From Malacoraja senta (taxonomy: Eukaryota), in assembly GCA_038087875.1 (NCBI GenBank), contig CM075991.1:10232001-10296000 (forward strand): a DNA stretch of 64,000 nt, given 5' to 3'. Position 1 is the stretch's first letter. Each line of letters begins with the position of its first letter. The position numbers were made by a program, and so were the translations under genes. Under the pieces are notes generated by a model. The model was not told where the DNA came from and did no database searches. It saw only the letters and a program-made list of their open reading frames with translations. This document shows, piece after piece, positions 38,841-51,108 of this stretch.

Positions 38841-38905
38841 CTGTTGCTGCTGTTGCTGTTGGGGTGGCTGCTGCTGGGGCTGCTGCGGTGGTGGCTGCGG
38901 CTGGG

Positions 38906-38954
<49 letters not shown>

Positions 38955-40555
38955 CGGGGGCGGCTGCTGCTGCTGCTGCTGCTGGTTGTTGCTCGGGGGC
39001 CTCTCGATGGCACAGCTCTGCGGCGACTTCATGTTGCAGTTGGCCGGGGCAGTGACGCCGCCCTGCTGCATCATGCTGCAGCTGCTGTTCATGCTGGCCA
39101 TCTGCTGGGTCACCACGCAGCTGTTCTGCGTCAGGCTGCTGGAGGAAGACAGGCCGCTGTACGAACAGCTGGTCTGCGAGGTGTTATTGCCGCAGATGCT
39201 GCCGCCCATGGTGGAGTCGTAGCTGCTGGGGTTCTCGTAGTTTTCCGTTGTACTCTCGATGCTGCCCAGGTCGCTGAAGCCACTGTCGACCACCTGCTGC
39301 GAGTGGTCGGACACAGAAGGTACGTCCATCATGGGGCTGGTCTCCATGTTCTGCATGGAGGGGGCGGACAGGGAACCCTGCTCGGGACTTATCTGCGTGT
39401 AGTTGCTCTCCAGGGTCGGCATACTGGGGCTACTGACCGAACGGACCGACTGGCTGGGGTGCGACTGAACGGAAGAGATGGGGCTGTTGTGGCCCGACTG
39501 CTGGCAGTCCTCCACCATGGTTATCTGCGGGCTCTCTTCAGCCTGGTTGTAGCTCTGCAAGTTCTGGCAGGCCTCCAGGGTCTCCGCACAGTCCTGGTAC
39601 GTCCCGTCCTGCTCACCGTTCGTCTCCTGGGTCAACGACTGAACGGCCTGCACGGTTTCCAGATCAAGCTCGCTGTGCGAGATATCTTCCTCCTCTTCCT
39701 CGTCCTCCTCCTCTTCCTCCTCCTCCTCCTCGTCTTTGAACTCCGGGATCAACGTCTCCTTGCTGTCTTGATCGTCGACGCGGTCTTCGTCTGAGGGCGG
39801 CACGAGCTCAGAGTCCAGAGACGTGTCGTTTGCCTGATCTTCTTCGGAATCTGCATCCATCACATTTTCACACTCAATATTTTTATCCAGGGCGCTCGTC
39901 TCTAAAAAACGCTCTTGGATGGGAGATTCCTCCTTCCCGTTCTCCTTTACAGTCTCCTCCACCTTCTTGTCATCGGGGTCCAGATGCCCTTCGTCTTCAT
40001 CGTCGGCATCGTGGTCTTCATTCTGGTTGAGTTCTTCCTCCTCCTCCTCTTCCTGCTCGTGCTCCTCGTCAGTGTGCCCCTCTAGCTCCACGGATTCAGA
40101 CTTCTCCTCGGTCTCAACGTCCGCCTCCTGCTCCTCAACCTTCGCAGGGGGGCTGTGAGATTGGGGCGGCATTCTCTGCACGTCGCACGGCACCTCCTCC
40201 TCCAGCTCCTCCTCATCCTCCTCTTCCTCCTCGTCCTCTTTTTTGTAGGCGACGGGCAGGTCCGCAACCTTCGACTCCACGACGGAATTCCTCCTCTCCT
40301 CGCTGCGGTTGGGACGGCCTTGCTTCGCGACAGCATTGGCCGGCGGTGGACTTCCGTTCTCCACTGCCGCCATCGATCGGGCGAGCTTAAAGCCTGGCTT
40401 ACGCCCGGGCTTTTTCTTCCATTTGATGGTCCCCCGCTTCACGCCTTTCGGCCACCCTCTCTTGCGCTTCAACACCAAGGGCGGGGATTTGGGTACGGGA
40501 CACTCCTTGACTTTATCTTTCCTCAGGGGGGCAAAGGATTCAGGCGCATTTTCTC
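37851..40555 (-). CDS. KAT6A: KAT6A last coding exon (acidic, Ser-rich, Q-rich and Met-rich regions); frameshifted in this sequence
   Basis: tttttcag|[90 protein letters not shown], ends [14 protein letters not shown]. Homology is split over ORFs 38748-40478, 38168-39013 and 37851-38378. The PYMRR end, HNSSVVTET motif and ANK1 neighbour favour KAT6A over KAT6B. Confidence 0.93.
38775..38985 (-). repeat. CAG/CAA polyglutamine-coding repeat in KAT6A
   Basis: About 70 codons, mostly Q with P interruptions. Confidence 0.97.
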
Positions 40556-42258
40556 CTGAAAAATGAAGGAAACACGAGTCAGAGTTCAGATTTAGGCAAG
40601 CAAAACGGTGAATACTCTAAACAGAGAAATTCCCTAATGGGGACTTAATGGCACTCCAATGTCCTTCAATACAGCGGTTGTGGGCACAAATTTCCTCGGG
40701 CAATGCGCAATACCAACCACTTCCACTATGTGGTGTCAAACAAGAGATTGCCCTGCCAACATAGAACATGTTGCAAGTACTCAGAAGATCAGACGGCACG
40801 TGTGGAAAGAGAAGCAGAGTTAATGCTTCAAGTCACTGATCGTAATTGATGTTCCAAGATTCTACCTTTGGGGCAACATTAAACTACTGCTTCATGAATT
40901 ACTTTACTTACTATTAAGTATTTGTTATAACACCAGGATAAACATAGAAAATAGGTGCAGGAGTATGCCATTCAGCCCTTCGAGCCAGCACCGCCATTCA
41001 ATATGATCATGGCTGATCATCCAAAATCAGTACCCCGTTCCTGCTTTCTCCCCATATCCCCCGATTCCGTTAGCCCCAAGAACTATATCAAACTCTCTCT
41101 TGAACACATCGATTAAGCACTCAACCAAGAAAACTAAGCTCAATGCCAGTAGATAAACTGCCTATACACACTTATGCTTTGGGGCAATAACTAACTTTGT
41201 ATTCAGTAATAAGCTAATACATCTTAACAAACACATAAGCTAAATGTTCACGCAAGAAACCCAATCCCAATGCCACATGGGAATGTAAAATGCCTTTACA
41301 CAGTTAAACTATGGGGTAACAAAAACTAGACATGAAGATGCCAGTAAATCATTGGGATTACCAAGTGGGCACCTCCCTTCACTGGTATTTCGCTGAGTTA
41401 GGCCCACGACACCTCGGGAAGGCTCAAGTTAGTTTGATGCATTAATCTGGATAGCCAGAGTCACAAACTTATACGTTTTATCGCACCAGCATGTATTATT
41501 TATAATTTGCTGTGAACCGAGATGAAGGGGAAATTGGAAGGCAAATTGTGCCTAAGTGGACACTGAGCAACAGACACGATGGGCTGGACTCAAATGCCAG
41601 CAAGGATGCCAGATTCCTGTCCTTGGCAGACACTTGCAAAATATGAGCTTTTGATACGTCTGGAAGCTGTGTTTCTTCTCCTCTCCTGTAGGCCCATAAT
41701 CACCCGTTTAAATTGCAATATCCCAGGACGTGTCGGCTTCTCCGCCATTCGATACAATTCAAAAAAGGCTCACCGGATCTTTATTTCCACTTTCCTGTCC
41801 TGCCCATCTATACAATTCCTTGATTCCTCTCTAGTCCAAAAATCCATCTCAGCTTTGAACAAAGTAATCCATACTATTAATTCAATCTTGCTCCTAACGT
41901 TATCATATTGTCTCTTATATGTATGGTCAATAATGGAGCTAGCTTGTGCTTTCAAAGTAATATGCCCAATCAACCCCAACTTGGGTAACTCCATAGAAAC
42001 ATATAGGTGCAGGAGGAGGCCATTCGGCCCTTCGAGCCAACACCGCCAACATGGGAATGCCTTCCATTCCCATGTTGTGGTTTGCCCTGCAGTCATCTTC
42101 TCCAATCTACCTATGGTAGGTCCATAGGAAGATTGACTATAGGTAGACATCTCAACTCTTCCTCATTTCACCATTTTCATATTTTTGGTCTCTTCCCACA
42201 ATAATTGAAAAGAGAATCCAACTTCCGCCACTGAAAGGGCCATGCGACAGTCAAATAC

Positions 42259-42559
42259 CTTGAACTTCATTGGCGTTGGCCTCATCCTCTGCCACCTTTC
42301 TCTTGCACAAAGTGCGCTTTCGGATCCCGCCGCCCGGTTCCAAGCTCCTGAAGATGCGGCCACCCCGATGCTCCTTCTCGTTCCTCTCATCCTCTTCCAG
42401 TTCGAACGTCGGTTCCAGGTGTGGCATCGGCCGCTCGGTGTCGGAATCGTCAAATGGCTCATCCAGCACCTCGGTCGTCTCTGAGATGGTCTCTGTGACA
42501 ACGCTGCTGTTGTGCTGTTTGCGTTTCCTCCCACGTTTCTTCCGGTGAATTACCACTCT
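42259..42559 (-). CDS. KAT6A: KAT6A penultimate exon (301 bp)
   Basis: [53 protein letters not shown]...; cctag|AGA...CAAG|gtattt; phase 0 to 1. Confidence 0.93.
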
Positions 42560-42699
42560 CTAGGGAAGCAGGTCAAAAAAATGGCATCAATTCAATCATG
42601 TAGTGAAAGTCATTACTATTCACCGGAGCTACTGCGTGTTATCGAGACCAATGTGTCTGCATTTCTTAATGTATTTTAAAACCAATTCTAATATCAACT

Positions 42700-43150
42700 G
42701 GAAAGGCTACAGGGAAGATTTACGAGGATGTTGCCAGGACTCGAGGGACTGAGCTATAGGGAGAGGTTGAGTTGGCTGGGACTCTATTCCTTGGAAACAG
42801 GAGGATGAGGGGTTATCTCAGAGGTGTATAAAATGATGCGAGGAATAGATCGGGTAGATGAACAGTCTCTTGCCCAGAGTAGGGAGATCGAGGACCAGAG
42901 GACATAGATTTAAGGTGAACGGGAATGGATTTAACAGGAATCTGAGCAGTAACTTTTTCACACAAAGGGTGGTGGGTGTATGGAACGAGCTGCCAGAGGC
43001 GGTAGTTGAGGCTGGGACTATCACTATGTTTATGAAACAGTACATGGATAGGACAGGTTTGGAGGGATACGGAACAAACAAAGTCAGCTAGTGTAGCCGG
43101 GACATGTTGGTCGGTGTTGGCAAGTTAGATCATGTTTCCACGCTGGATGA
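42700..43150 (+). mobile_element. CR1 LINE 3' fragment (second subfamily; also 11970-12320 and 16270-16625 on the minus strand)
   Basis: RTRGHRFKVNG..FFTQRVVGVWNELP. Confidence 0.85.
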
Positions 43151-43709
43151 CCATCAGAAATAAGAATGGAAAATGCTGCAAACACTCAGCAGATATGGCA
43201 GCAACTGGGGGAAGTGAAACAGTTCATGTATATTCTTGGTGACTGTTAGCAGCATGTTCTGATGAGAGACCATCAACGTAACGCGACTAATTAACACTGG
43301 TTCTCTGTCACGTCTTTTCTCATTTTGGTATTTCCAGCTATTTACTTAAATGCATGTTAATAGATGGACATAAGAAGAAGGAGCAGGCAAAAGCCATCTT
43401 GCACCTTAAGCTTGTTATACCATTCTTCACGATCGTGGTTGATCTTCCACCTTAGTGATGCTTTCCAGCACTACTCCCACACCTCTTAGTTCCCTCACAA
43501 ATAAACTTGGTGAGATCTTCTGGGAATTTTTTTCTCAGTCCTAAACAGCCTACCTCCTATTCAGAGTATGATCCCTGGTTGTAAACTCCTTGGTCGGGAA
43601 CAAAATATTCCCTGCATCTAACCTAGAACTTTGCAAGTTTGAAGAAATTTGGAAGGGGGCTCTCAGTTTTCCAGAGTATACTGGCACAGTCGACAATCTC
43701 TCCACATCT

Positions 43710-44652
43710 GCGTACGCTCTCCTCTCCTCTACTCTCTCTACACCAACGACTGCACCTCCACAGACTCCTCTGTCAAGCTTCTCAAGTTTGCGGACGACAC
43801 AACCCTGATTGGACAGATCCAGGATGGGGAGGAATCTGCCTACAGACAGGAAGTGTCGCAGCTGGCATCCTGGTGCCATTGCAACAACCTGGAGCTCAAT
43901 GCTCTTAAGAGTGGAATTGATTGTAGACTTTAGGAGAGTTCCTCCTCCCCTCACCATCAACAACACCACAGTCACATCTGTAGTCTATTAAGTTCTTGGG
44001 AGCCTTCATCTCCAAGGACCTTAAGTGGGTGGCAACCATCAGACTCCACAGTCAAAAAGGCACAACAGAGGATGTACTTCCTGCGGCAGCTGAGGAAGCA
44101 CAATCTACCACAGGCAATGATGGTCCAATTCTACACGGCCATCGTAGAGTCTGTCCTCACCTTCTCCATCATGGTCTGGTTTGGCTCAGCCACCAAGCAC
44201 GACACCCGGAGGCTGCAGCGAATCGTCCGATCAGCAGAGAAGGTTATTGGCTGCAACCTTCCCTCCATTGACGAACTGTACACTGCAAGGGTCAGGAAGC
44301 GAGCGGGCAAGATCATCTCTGACCCCTCTCACCCTGGCCACAAACTCTTTGAATCACTTCCCTCTAGAAGGCGACTCTGGATTGTCAAAGCTGCCACAGC
44401 CAGACATAAAAACAGAATTTTTCCACGAGTAGTAGCTCTACTCAATAACCAAAAATCTGTAGCTTCCTTTTGCTCTGGTATTTTATTTAATTCGCATGTT
44501 TAATCAATAATGTTTTATTATTAATGTTTAATGTTTTATGTATCATTCTTAACTGTCACTGTATGTCATGTTGTCACTTGCGGGCAGAGCACCAAGGCAA
44601 ATTCCTTGTATGTGAATACTTGGCCAATAAACGTATTCATTCATTCATTCAT
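43710..44652 (+). mobile_element. Rex1/Babar-type LINE 3' part (RT FADD motif)
   Basis: LLYSLYTNDC..LLKFADDTTLIG; FYTAIVESVLTFSIMVWFGS..LQRIVRSAEKVIG; AATAAA + (CATT)n tail. Confidence 0.88.
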
Positions 44653-45904
44653 GCGCTCCCTGGCACTGGGTGAATGGCTCTATAAGTCACTTGCCAGTCT
44701 CTCTCAACTCTAAAAGCACAAACTGTGTAAATTTCCCCATCTCTTGATTAGTGGGTGTCGGGGATTATGGGGGAGAACGGTGTTGAGATGGAGAGATAGA
44801 TCAGCCATGATTGAATGGCTGAGTAGACTTGACGGGCCAAATGGATTAATTCTGTTCCTGGACCTTATGAACTATCTCTGCTCGAATGGGGATGGATCGC
44901 GAAACAGCTTAAAACCAAAATCTCAATGGTGCAACTGAAAAATCAGCCGATTCCATGGTGTTTATAACCAGCAGAACCAGAATGGTTTCAGGTTGTGTTG
45001 GGGGCTTAGTGGGCTGAGGCATCAACTAGTTTTGAAATATTGAGGGTTACATTTCATTTCAAGGAACAATCTCACTCAGGGCCAAAATGTGGTAGACACT
45101 GCCATCTAGTGAAACTCAGTGGGAAACGTAAAATCATTTTGAATTGAGATCAGGTGTACAGCAGATCTTGTGTCATATCACAAGCTGGGTGATTGCCAGA
45201 GGTGCCAGGTGTCAACAGGATGGATGTGAAGATGATGTTTCCTCATATGGGGGAATTAGAACGGGGGTGTAGCTATGTTCAAAAATAAGGAGTTACCCAT
45301 TTAAGGCAACGATCAGGTGACATTTCTTCTCTCAAAGGGACTGAGCGCCTTTGGAACCCTCTTGTCCAAAGCCCAGTGGACGCAGAATCTTTGAATATTT
45401 TTAAGACAGAGCAAAAGTTAGATTCTTGATGCGCAAAGTGGTAAAAAGGTTTACTGTGAAAGGCAGGAATGCAGAGTTGTGGTTGCCCTCAAACCAAGAT
45501 CTCAGTGCAAAATGAAGCAGGTTTGATGGACTGAGTGTAGACACAAAATGCTGGATTAACTCTGGACCAGCAGCATCTCTGGAGAGAAGGAATGGGTGAC
45601 GAGACCCTTCTTCAGACTGATTGAAGGACCGAGTGATATCTTCCTGTATCTAATTCCTATGTTCCAATAAATCCAGAAACGATGACAATAATGTCTAGAA
45701 TATCCTTTCCTCGTGCTCATCACAGAATGTTTACAATTTGCAAGGCGGTTGTTTGGCCATTGAGTTGGTACCATTTCTCTGGAAACACCACCCAGCCAGT
45801 CTTCCCACAAAATTATTTCTTTTCAGAAATCTGGCTCCTTCTGAATGCTACGGTTATCTCTGTCTCAACAAATCATACTGGCAATGCCCTCTAGAACCTC
45901 TGAG

Positions 45905-46185
45905 GGGTGGCACAGCGGCGCAGCAGTAGAGTTGCTGCCTTACAGTGCCAGAGACCCGGGTTCAATCCTGACAACGGCTGCTCTCTGTACGGAGTGTGTA
46001 CATTCTCCCCGTGGGTGGATTTTCTCCAGGTGTTCTGGTTTGCTCCTACATTCCAAAGAAGGGTTTGTAGGCCAAGTCGTTTCTGCAACTTGTCCCTAGT
46101 GTGTAGAACTAGTGTAGAAGAGATCGTTCGTCAGTGTGGACTCGGTGGGCCGAAGGGCCTGTATCTATGCTGTATCTCTAAACTA
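45905..46185 (+). mobile_element. V-SINE (HE1-like)
   Basis: Box A/B, V-domain, CR1-like tail. Confidence 0.85.
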
Positions 46186-47029
46186 AGCCATTCGCTCTGC
46201 AAGATTTTTTTCCCCCTTATTCTTATAATTGGGAATAATTTCTGAATTACTCCAATGATATTCTGTTCAGTCAGTCAAGGTTAATATAAAAGGTAGAGAA
46301 AAATGAACATCATTAGAAGTGAGACTACAATGGGAATGGATGGATGAATGAATGATAAACTTAAGCCAGAAAAAGTAGTGCATGTGGCTCTAATGCCGAT
46401 AATCAGTTTATTCAGTATCGCCTTTCTCCACTGAAACTATGAAGCCTTTGCAACAGTCATGCATTGTAAAAGAATAAATGCTAAACTATCGTTATTCAGT
46501 TAGCTTTACAATATGATTCTCAGCAAAGTTAGAAAGGTTATGAAAATATAGTCCCTTGGATGTCAGGGCAGCTGTTATATATTGCCAGTTGTTAGATCAT
46601 TTGGATTGGTATTGGTATATTTCTGGCCTCATCTCTTCATGAATTATTGATTGCATTTAACGTGCAGAGGTTATAATCCGATTTCACTTTCTGTGCAGTC
46701 TGATCACACTGCCGCACAGTGGCGCAGCTGGTAGAGCTGCTGCCTCACCGTGCCGGTGACCCAGGTTCAATCCTGACCTCGGGCACCGTCTGTATGGAAC
46801 TGGCACGTTCTCCCCGTGACTACCCGGGTTTCCTCCCACATCCCAAAGACTTGCAGGTTTGCAGGTTAATTGGCCCTGTGTAAAGGGTCTTTATTTCTGA
46901 GCTGAATCTCCAAACTAAAGTAAATGAACTACCTTACAGCTAGTGTTCCTCCCCTACTTCCTGATATATTCTTCATGGACAGTACTATTAGGGAAAGCTC
47001 AAGTTGAAAGGGTAATTGAACCTCATCCC

Positions 47030-47550
47030 TGCCATAGCCGAAAAAGGGACCACACCACCCCGATTCTGGCCTCTCTCCACTGGCTCCCAGTGCGGTTCAG
47101 AATCAATTTCAAGCTCCTCCTTTATGTATACAAAGCCCTTAACGGGCTTGCCCCCACCTACATCAAAAATCTGCTAATCCACCATTCTACCTCCAGGTCC
47201 ATCAGGTCGGCCGACTTGGGGTTACTGACCATCCCGTGGTCCAGGTTTAAGTTCAGGGGCGACCGCGCTTTTGCGGTTGCAGCACCTAGACTGTGGAACA
47301 GCATCCCTCTTCTCATCAGAACTGCCCCCTCCATCCACTCCTTTAAGTCTAGACTTAAAACCTATTTCTACTCACAAGCGTTTCTTGAGGTCCTCTAAGG
47401 GAGCGCTGTATGTATGTATTTATGTATGTATTGTTAGATCTATGTACCACTGTATGTAGCATGTTAGTACCTGCACTGATGTATAGCACTTTGGTCAACG
47501 AGAGTTGTTTTTAAATGTGCTATAGAAATAAAATTGACTTGACTTGACTT
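47030..47550 (+). mobile_element. L2-clade LINE 3' end
   Basis: DHTTPILASLHWLPVRFRINFKLLL..KALNGLAP.Y..GDRAFAVAAPRLWNSIP..FKSRLKTY; (GACTT)n tail; the same tail occurs at ~32940-33085. Confidence 0.9.
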
Positions 47551-47724
47551 GATACTGTAACACTGCCATGCGGACATCTTGCTGCATGTTTCTTGCATGC
47601 AGTAGTTGTGTCCAAACAGTCATCACTATCTTTAAGTGAAGCAGTTCTTCCTTGCTGCCATTTAAAAACTAGTTTTCACCATTGTAAACTTAGGACCTCT
47701 TGTCTGATTCTACAGCATTGTTGG

Positions 47725-48025
47725 GCGACACGGTGGCACAGCGGCAGAGTTACTGCCTGACAGCACCTACAACGCCAGAGACCCAGGTTCGATCCTGACC
47801 GCGGGTGCTGTCCGTACGGAATTTGTACGTTCCCCCTGTGACCGTGTGGGTTTTCCCCGGGTGCTCTGGTTTCCTCCCACGCTCCAAAGGCATACAGGTT
47901 TGTAGGTTAATTGGCTTGGTATAAATGTAAACTGTCCTTGGGATAGTGCTGATGTGCGTGGATCGCTGGTTGGTGCAGACTCGGTGGGCCAAAGGGCTTG
48001 TTTCCGCGCGGTATCTCCAAACTAA
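47725..48025 (+). mobile_element. tRNA-derived V-SINE (HE1-like), near full length
   Basis: Box A GGTGGCACAGCGG, box B GGTTCGATCC, V-domain TTTGTACGTTCCCCCTGTG..GGTTTCCTCCCAC, CR1-like tail GGGCCAAAGGGC..(CTAAA)n. Confidence 0.88.
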
Positions 48026-48127
48026 ACGAAGTCTAGGTAAGGATTATTGCGGTGTACTTCGCAAATGACTCCAAAATACGACCCTTTTGATCTGGAAAAA
48101 CCACAAAGCCACTTTCCACGACCTTAC

Positions 48128-48439
48128 CTTCCTCTTCACTCCACGCAGCGCTGGTTTTGTGAGTACAGGCGGAGAACTTGGCCTTGCCTCATCGCCTTCT
48201 TCATCCTCACCATCTTCCTCCTCCTCCTCCTCCTCCTCCTCCACCTCCTCCTCCTCTTCCTCCTCACTGCTTTCACTGAAATGCTTCCTCTTGCCATCAC
48301 CATTAGACAGAAGACCATCGGCAATGATGTCCTGCCGGGTTTTGCCGTTTGATGCACCCAATGTGATTTGCCGGCCGTTCTGGATTGGTGCATAGCCATT
48401 GAGTTCCTTTTTATCCCACAACTCAATGGTGTCTTCCGT
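48128..48439 (-). CDS. KAT6A: KAT6A internal exon, acidic region (312 bp)
   Basis: TEDTIELWDKK...polyE...SSPPVLTKPALRGVKRK; caacag|ACG...AAG|gtaagg; phase 0 to 0; the C-terminal SSPP.LTKP..KRK matches KAT6 proteins; the 5' boundary is less certain. Confidence 0.85.
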
Positions 48440-48741
48440 CTGTTGAGAATGAATCACGTTTAACACATGAACAGTGAATTGACTCTCACAGAAGGTGAGA
48501 CACAAAATGCACCCAGACAACACACATGGTCAGGGTCGGGTCTCTGGCGCCGTGAGGCAGAAACTTTACCGCGGCACCACCGTGCCAACTTTGACAACTT
48601 GAAACTTCAAACGGCTAAGAGCTCTCTTTATGCCATGACAGATGGCATTACATGTAGTGGGAAGGAACTTCTGACGCTGGTTTAAACCGAAGATAGGCAC
48701 AAAAAGCTGGAGTAACTCAGCATCTCTGGAAAGAAGGGATG

Positions 48742-48775
48742 GGTGACGTTTCGAGTCGAGACCCTTCATCAGACC
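48742..48775 (-). ncRNA. Candidate minimal type I hammerhead ribozyme (Penelope type)
   Basis: GGU-CUGAUGA-AGGGUCUCGACUC-GAAAC-GUC-ACC: complete core, helix II, 3-bp helix I (GGU/ACC), vestigial palindromic helix III. Confidence 0.65.
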
Positions 48776-48987
48776 AGTTGGGGAAAAGGGAAACGAGAGA
48801 TGTAGAGATAAAGAACAATGAACGAAAGACCTTGTTAGCTCTACCACTGCGCTACTGTGCCGTCCCAATAAATCTATGGCAGGAAAATTTTAAATCAGGA
48901 ATAATTTGGCTCGGAAGGCAAATCAGCTGACGATGCACCGATGAGAAAGAGAATCAGAAAGTCATGCCTTGTGTTGTGAACTGTTAC

Positions 48988-49168
48988 CTTTAATGCTGGA
49001 GTCTCTTCGTCCTCTTCCTCATCCTCCTCTTCCTCGGACACTACCGTGTTGGAAAAGATTAAAGGAGTCCAACGTAAGCTGTCAGGATCAACTTCAATCT
49101 GACGTGGATTAGCTTTAAGCTTTGCCATGTGATCTTGAATCAGCTTCTCTCGCCGAATGACCAGAAAC
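48988..49168 (-). CDS. KAT6A: KAT6A internal exon, end of MYST domain and start of acidic region (181 bp)
   Basis: (R)[60 protein letters not shown]; gaaag|G...AAG|gtaaca; phase 2 to 0. Confidence 0.93.
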
Positions 49169-49436
49169 CTTTCAACAAGTTAAAAAGAGACACATCAAAG
49201 GATACTGCAAGGCAGAAGCACAATGAAATGTCAGAACCCAATGGAGGATCACTACAGTACAAGCACAGGTCTGCAACTGTGCTTTTGGTTGTTGGCTGTT
49301 TAAACCAACAAATGTGTCTGCAATCAAAAAGAAATAAACCGTTAGTTATTATGTCTGAAAGAGAGTGTTGAAGGAGGACCTGATAGAGAGATTTACAAAT
49401 TAGGGAATAAAATAACTCACAAGAAAGTTATCATAA

Positions 49437-49744
49437 AGGGCCTGTCCCACTATACGAGTTTACCCAAGAGCTCTCCCGAGTTTAAAAAAAAATCAAACTC
49501 GTGGTCAGTACGTAGAATGTACGTAGCGGGTACGTCGGAGCTCGGGACGTCTCTTAGCGGCTCGTAACGCTAACGGCAGGTACTCGGGAAACGCGGTAAG
49601 CTCGTGAAGTTTTTTCAACATGTTGAAAAATGTCCACGAGAGCCCCGAGTACCTACGAGCGGCTATTACCGTAATTCTCAGAGTTCGAATCAGTGGGAAA
49701 CTCGGGAGAACACTTGAATTACCTCGTACAGTGGGACAGGCCCT
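49437..49744. mobile_element. PIF/Harbinger-type MITE, 308 bp
   Basis: TIR AGGGCCTGTCCCACT...AGTGGGACAGGCCCT, TSD TAA on both sides. Confidence 0.92.
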
Positions 49745-50876
49745 TAATACAAGAGTTATCTAGAGGTAGAGGGGATATGTTTAAGTGGTAAAATTGCTTG
49801 TCGATAAAAAGGTCGACAAGCAGATCAATTAAAAATCAAGCTGCATTTAGCAAAATATGTCAACAACATACCACCCTCTTTGGTTTTGATTTTGTGACCA
49901 ATCAACTTCTAATTTAATAAACTAATAACTAAAGATTATAACATCAACACGTTAAAAATGAATCAAAATCTAGTTTTTAAACTTTGTACAGGGGCCCATT
50001 CACCGTACCATATTGTTACAAAAACAAGCACTGAGGAAGAGTAAGGGGCAAGAGGATAGAAGTTTAGAGGGATTTGAGGAGGAACTTTTTCACCCACAGT
50101 ATGATGGGAATATCAAAAGCACTGTCAGAGTGGGTGATGGAGGCAGGAATGCTTACAACATTTTAGACTTTTTGCAAATGAGTACTTGAAATCACAATCC
50201 TGGAAACATGGTTGAAGGGACAGCAGGACTGGCAGGTTAACATTCCTGGGAATATTCCAGGACTTGGCAGTGGGATATGGGGGAGTCACACGACTGATTA
50301 AGGAGAACATAATGGAAGTACGTCAACAGGTTATCCCAGAAGTTTCATCCAATGAAGCCACTTAGGTAGATAATAGGAATAAGGCATCTTATCACTTAAC
50401 TGGGGTTTGGGAACAGCTCCATCCAAGACCGCAAGACATTGCAGAGAATTGAGGACGCAGCCCAGACCGTCAAACAAACCAACCTCCCTTCCATTGACTC
50501 CTTCTACACTTCACTCTACCTCGGCAAGGCCACCCCCACAATCAAGGACGAGTCTCACCCCTCTTCTCCCCTCTCCCATTAGGCAAGTGGTACAGAAGTG
50601 TGAGAGCGCATGCACCCAAGATTCAGGGACACCCAGCTAACAAAAATGACACAGAGCCATAAAGGGAGATGAGAGGATTGAGAACCACAAATGGTCAGAC
50701 ACGCGATATTAAGGAATTTGGGAGTGGTTTTAGAGGATATAGTCTACCACGTGCCAAAAAGTTGTTTGGCCTTAATATTCACAGTATACCTTTCAGAAGA
50801 TGAACATGACAGGTGCATTTGTTACTCCTTACAAACAAAGAAAGTTATATATGACAGTTGTGAGATGTTAACATAC

Positions 50877-51108
50877 CGGTCGCTGCGTAACTGTAACATC
50901 TTTAGATGGTGGAGAATGGTGGTGATATCCTGGGGACAGATCCCCGTTAGTTTGCTCAGCTTCTTGATGCTAAGTTGCTTGTCATGACATTGGTGAAGGC
51001 ACTCCAAGATCACGCTCTTCCAGTAGGCCATGTACGAGAGGCGGCCCAGGTCAGACAGTGGCTTCTCTGGCGACCCAGCCTGGCCTTCTCGCTTCGACAG
51101 CAAATAAC
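50877..51108 (-). CDS. KAT6A: KAT6A internal exon, catalytic [11 protein letters not shown] motif (232 bp)
   Basis: (S)[37 protein letters not shown]...LQLRSD(R); ccag|GT...CG|gtatgt; phase 1 to 2. Confidence 0.97.

Noticed and set aside
38237..39794. Long plus-strand ORFs (272 and 369 aa) antisense to KAT6A
   Set aside because: Shadow ORFs of a GC3-rich, CAG-repeat coding strand; no independent protein signature
47725..47800. tRNA-like box A/box B sequences
   Set aside because: These are SINE heads, not tRNA genes
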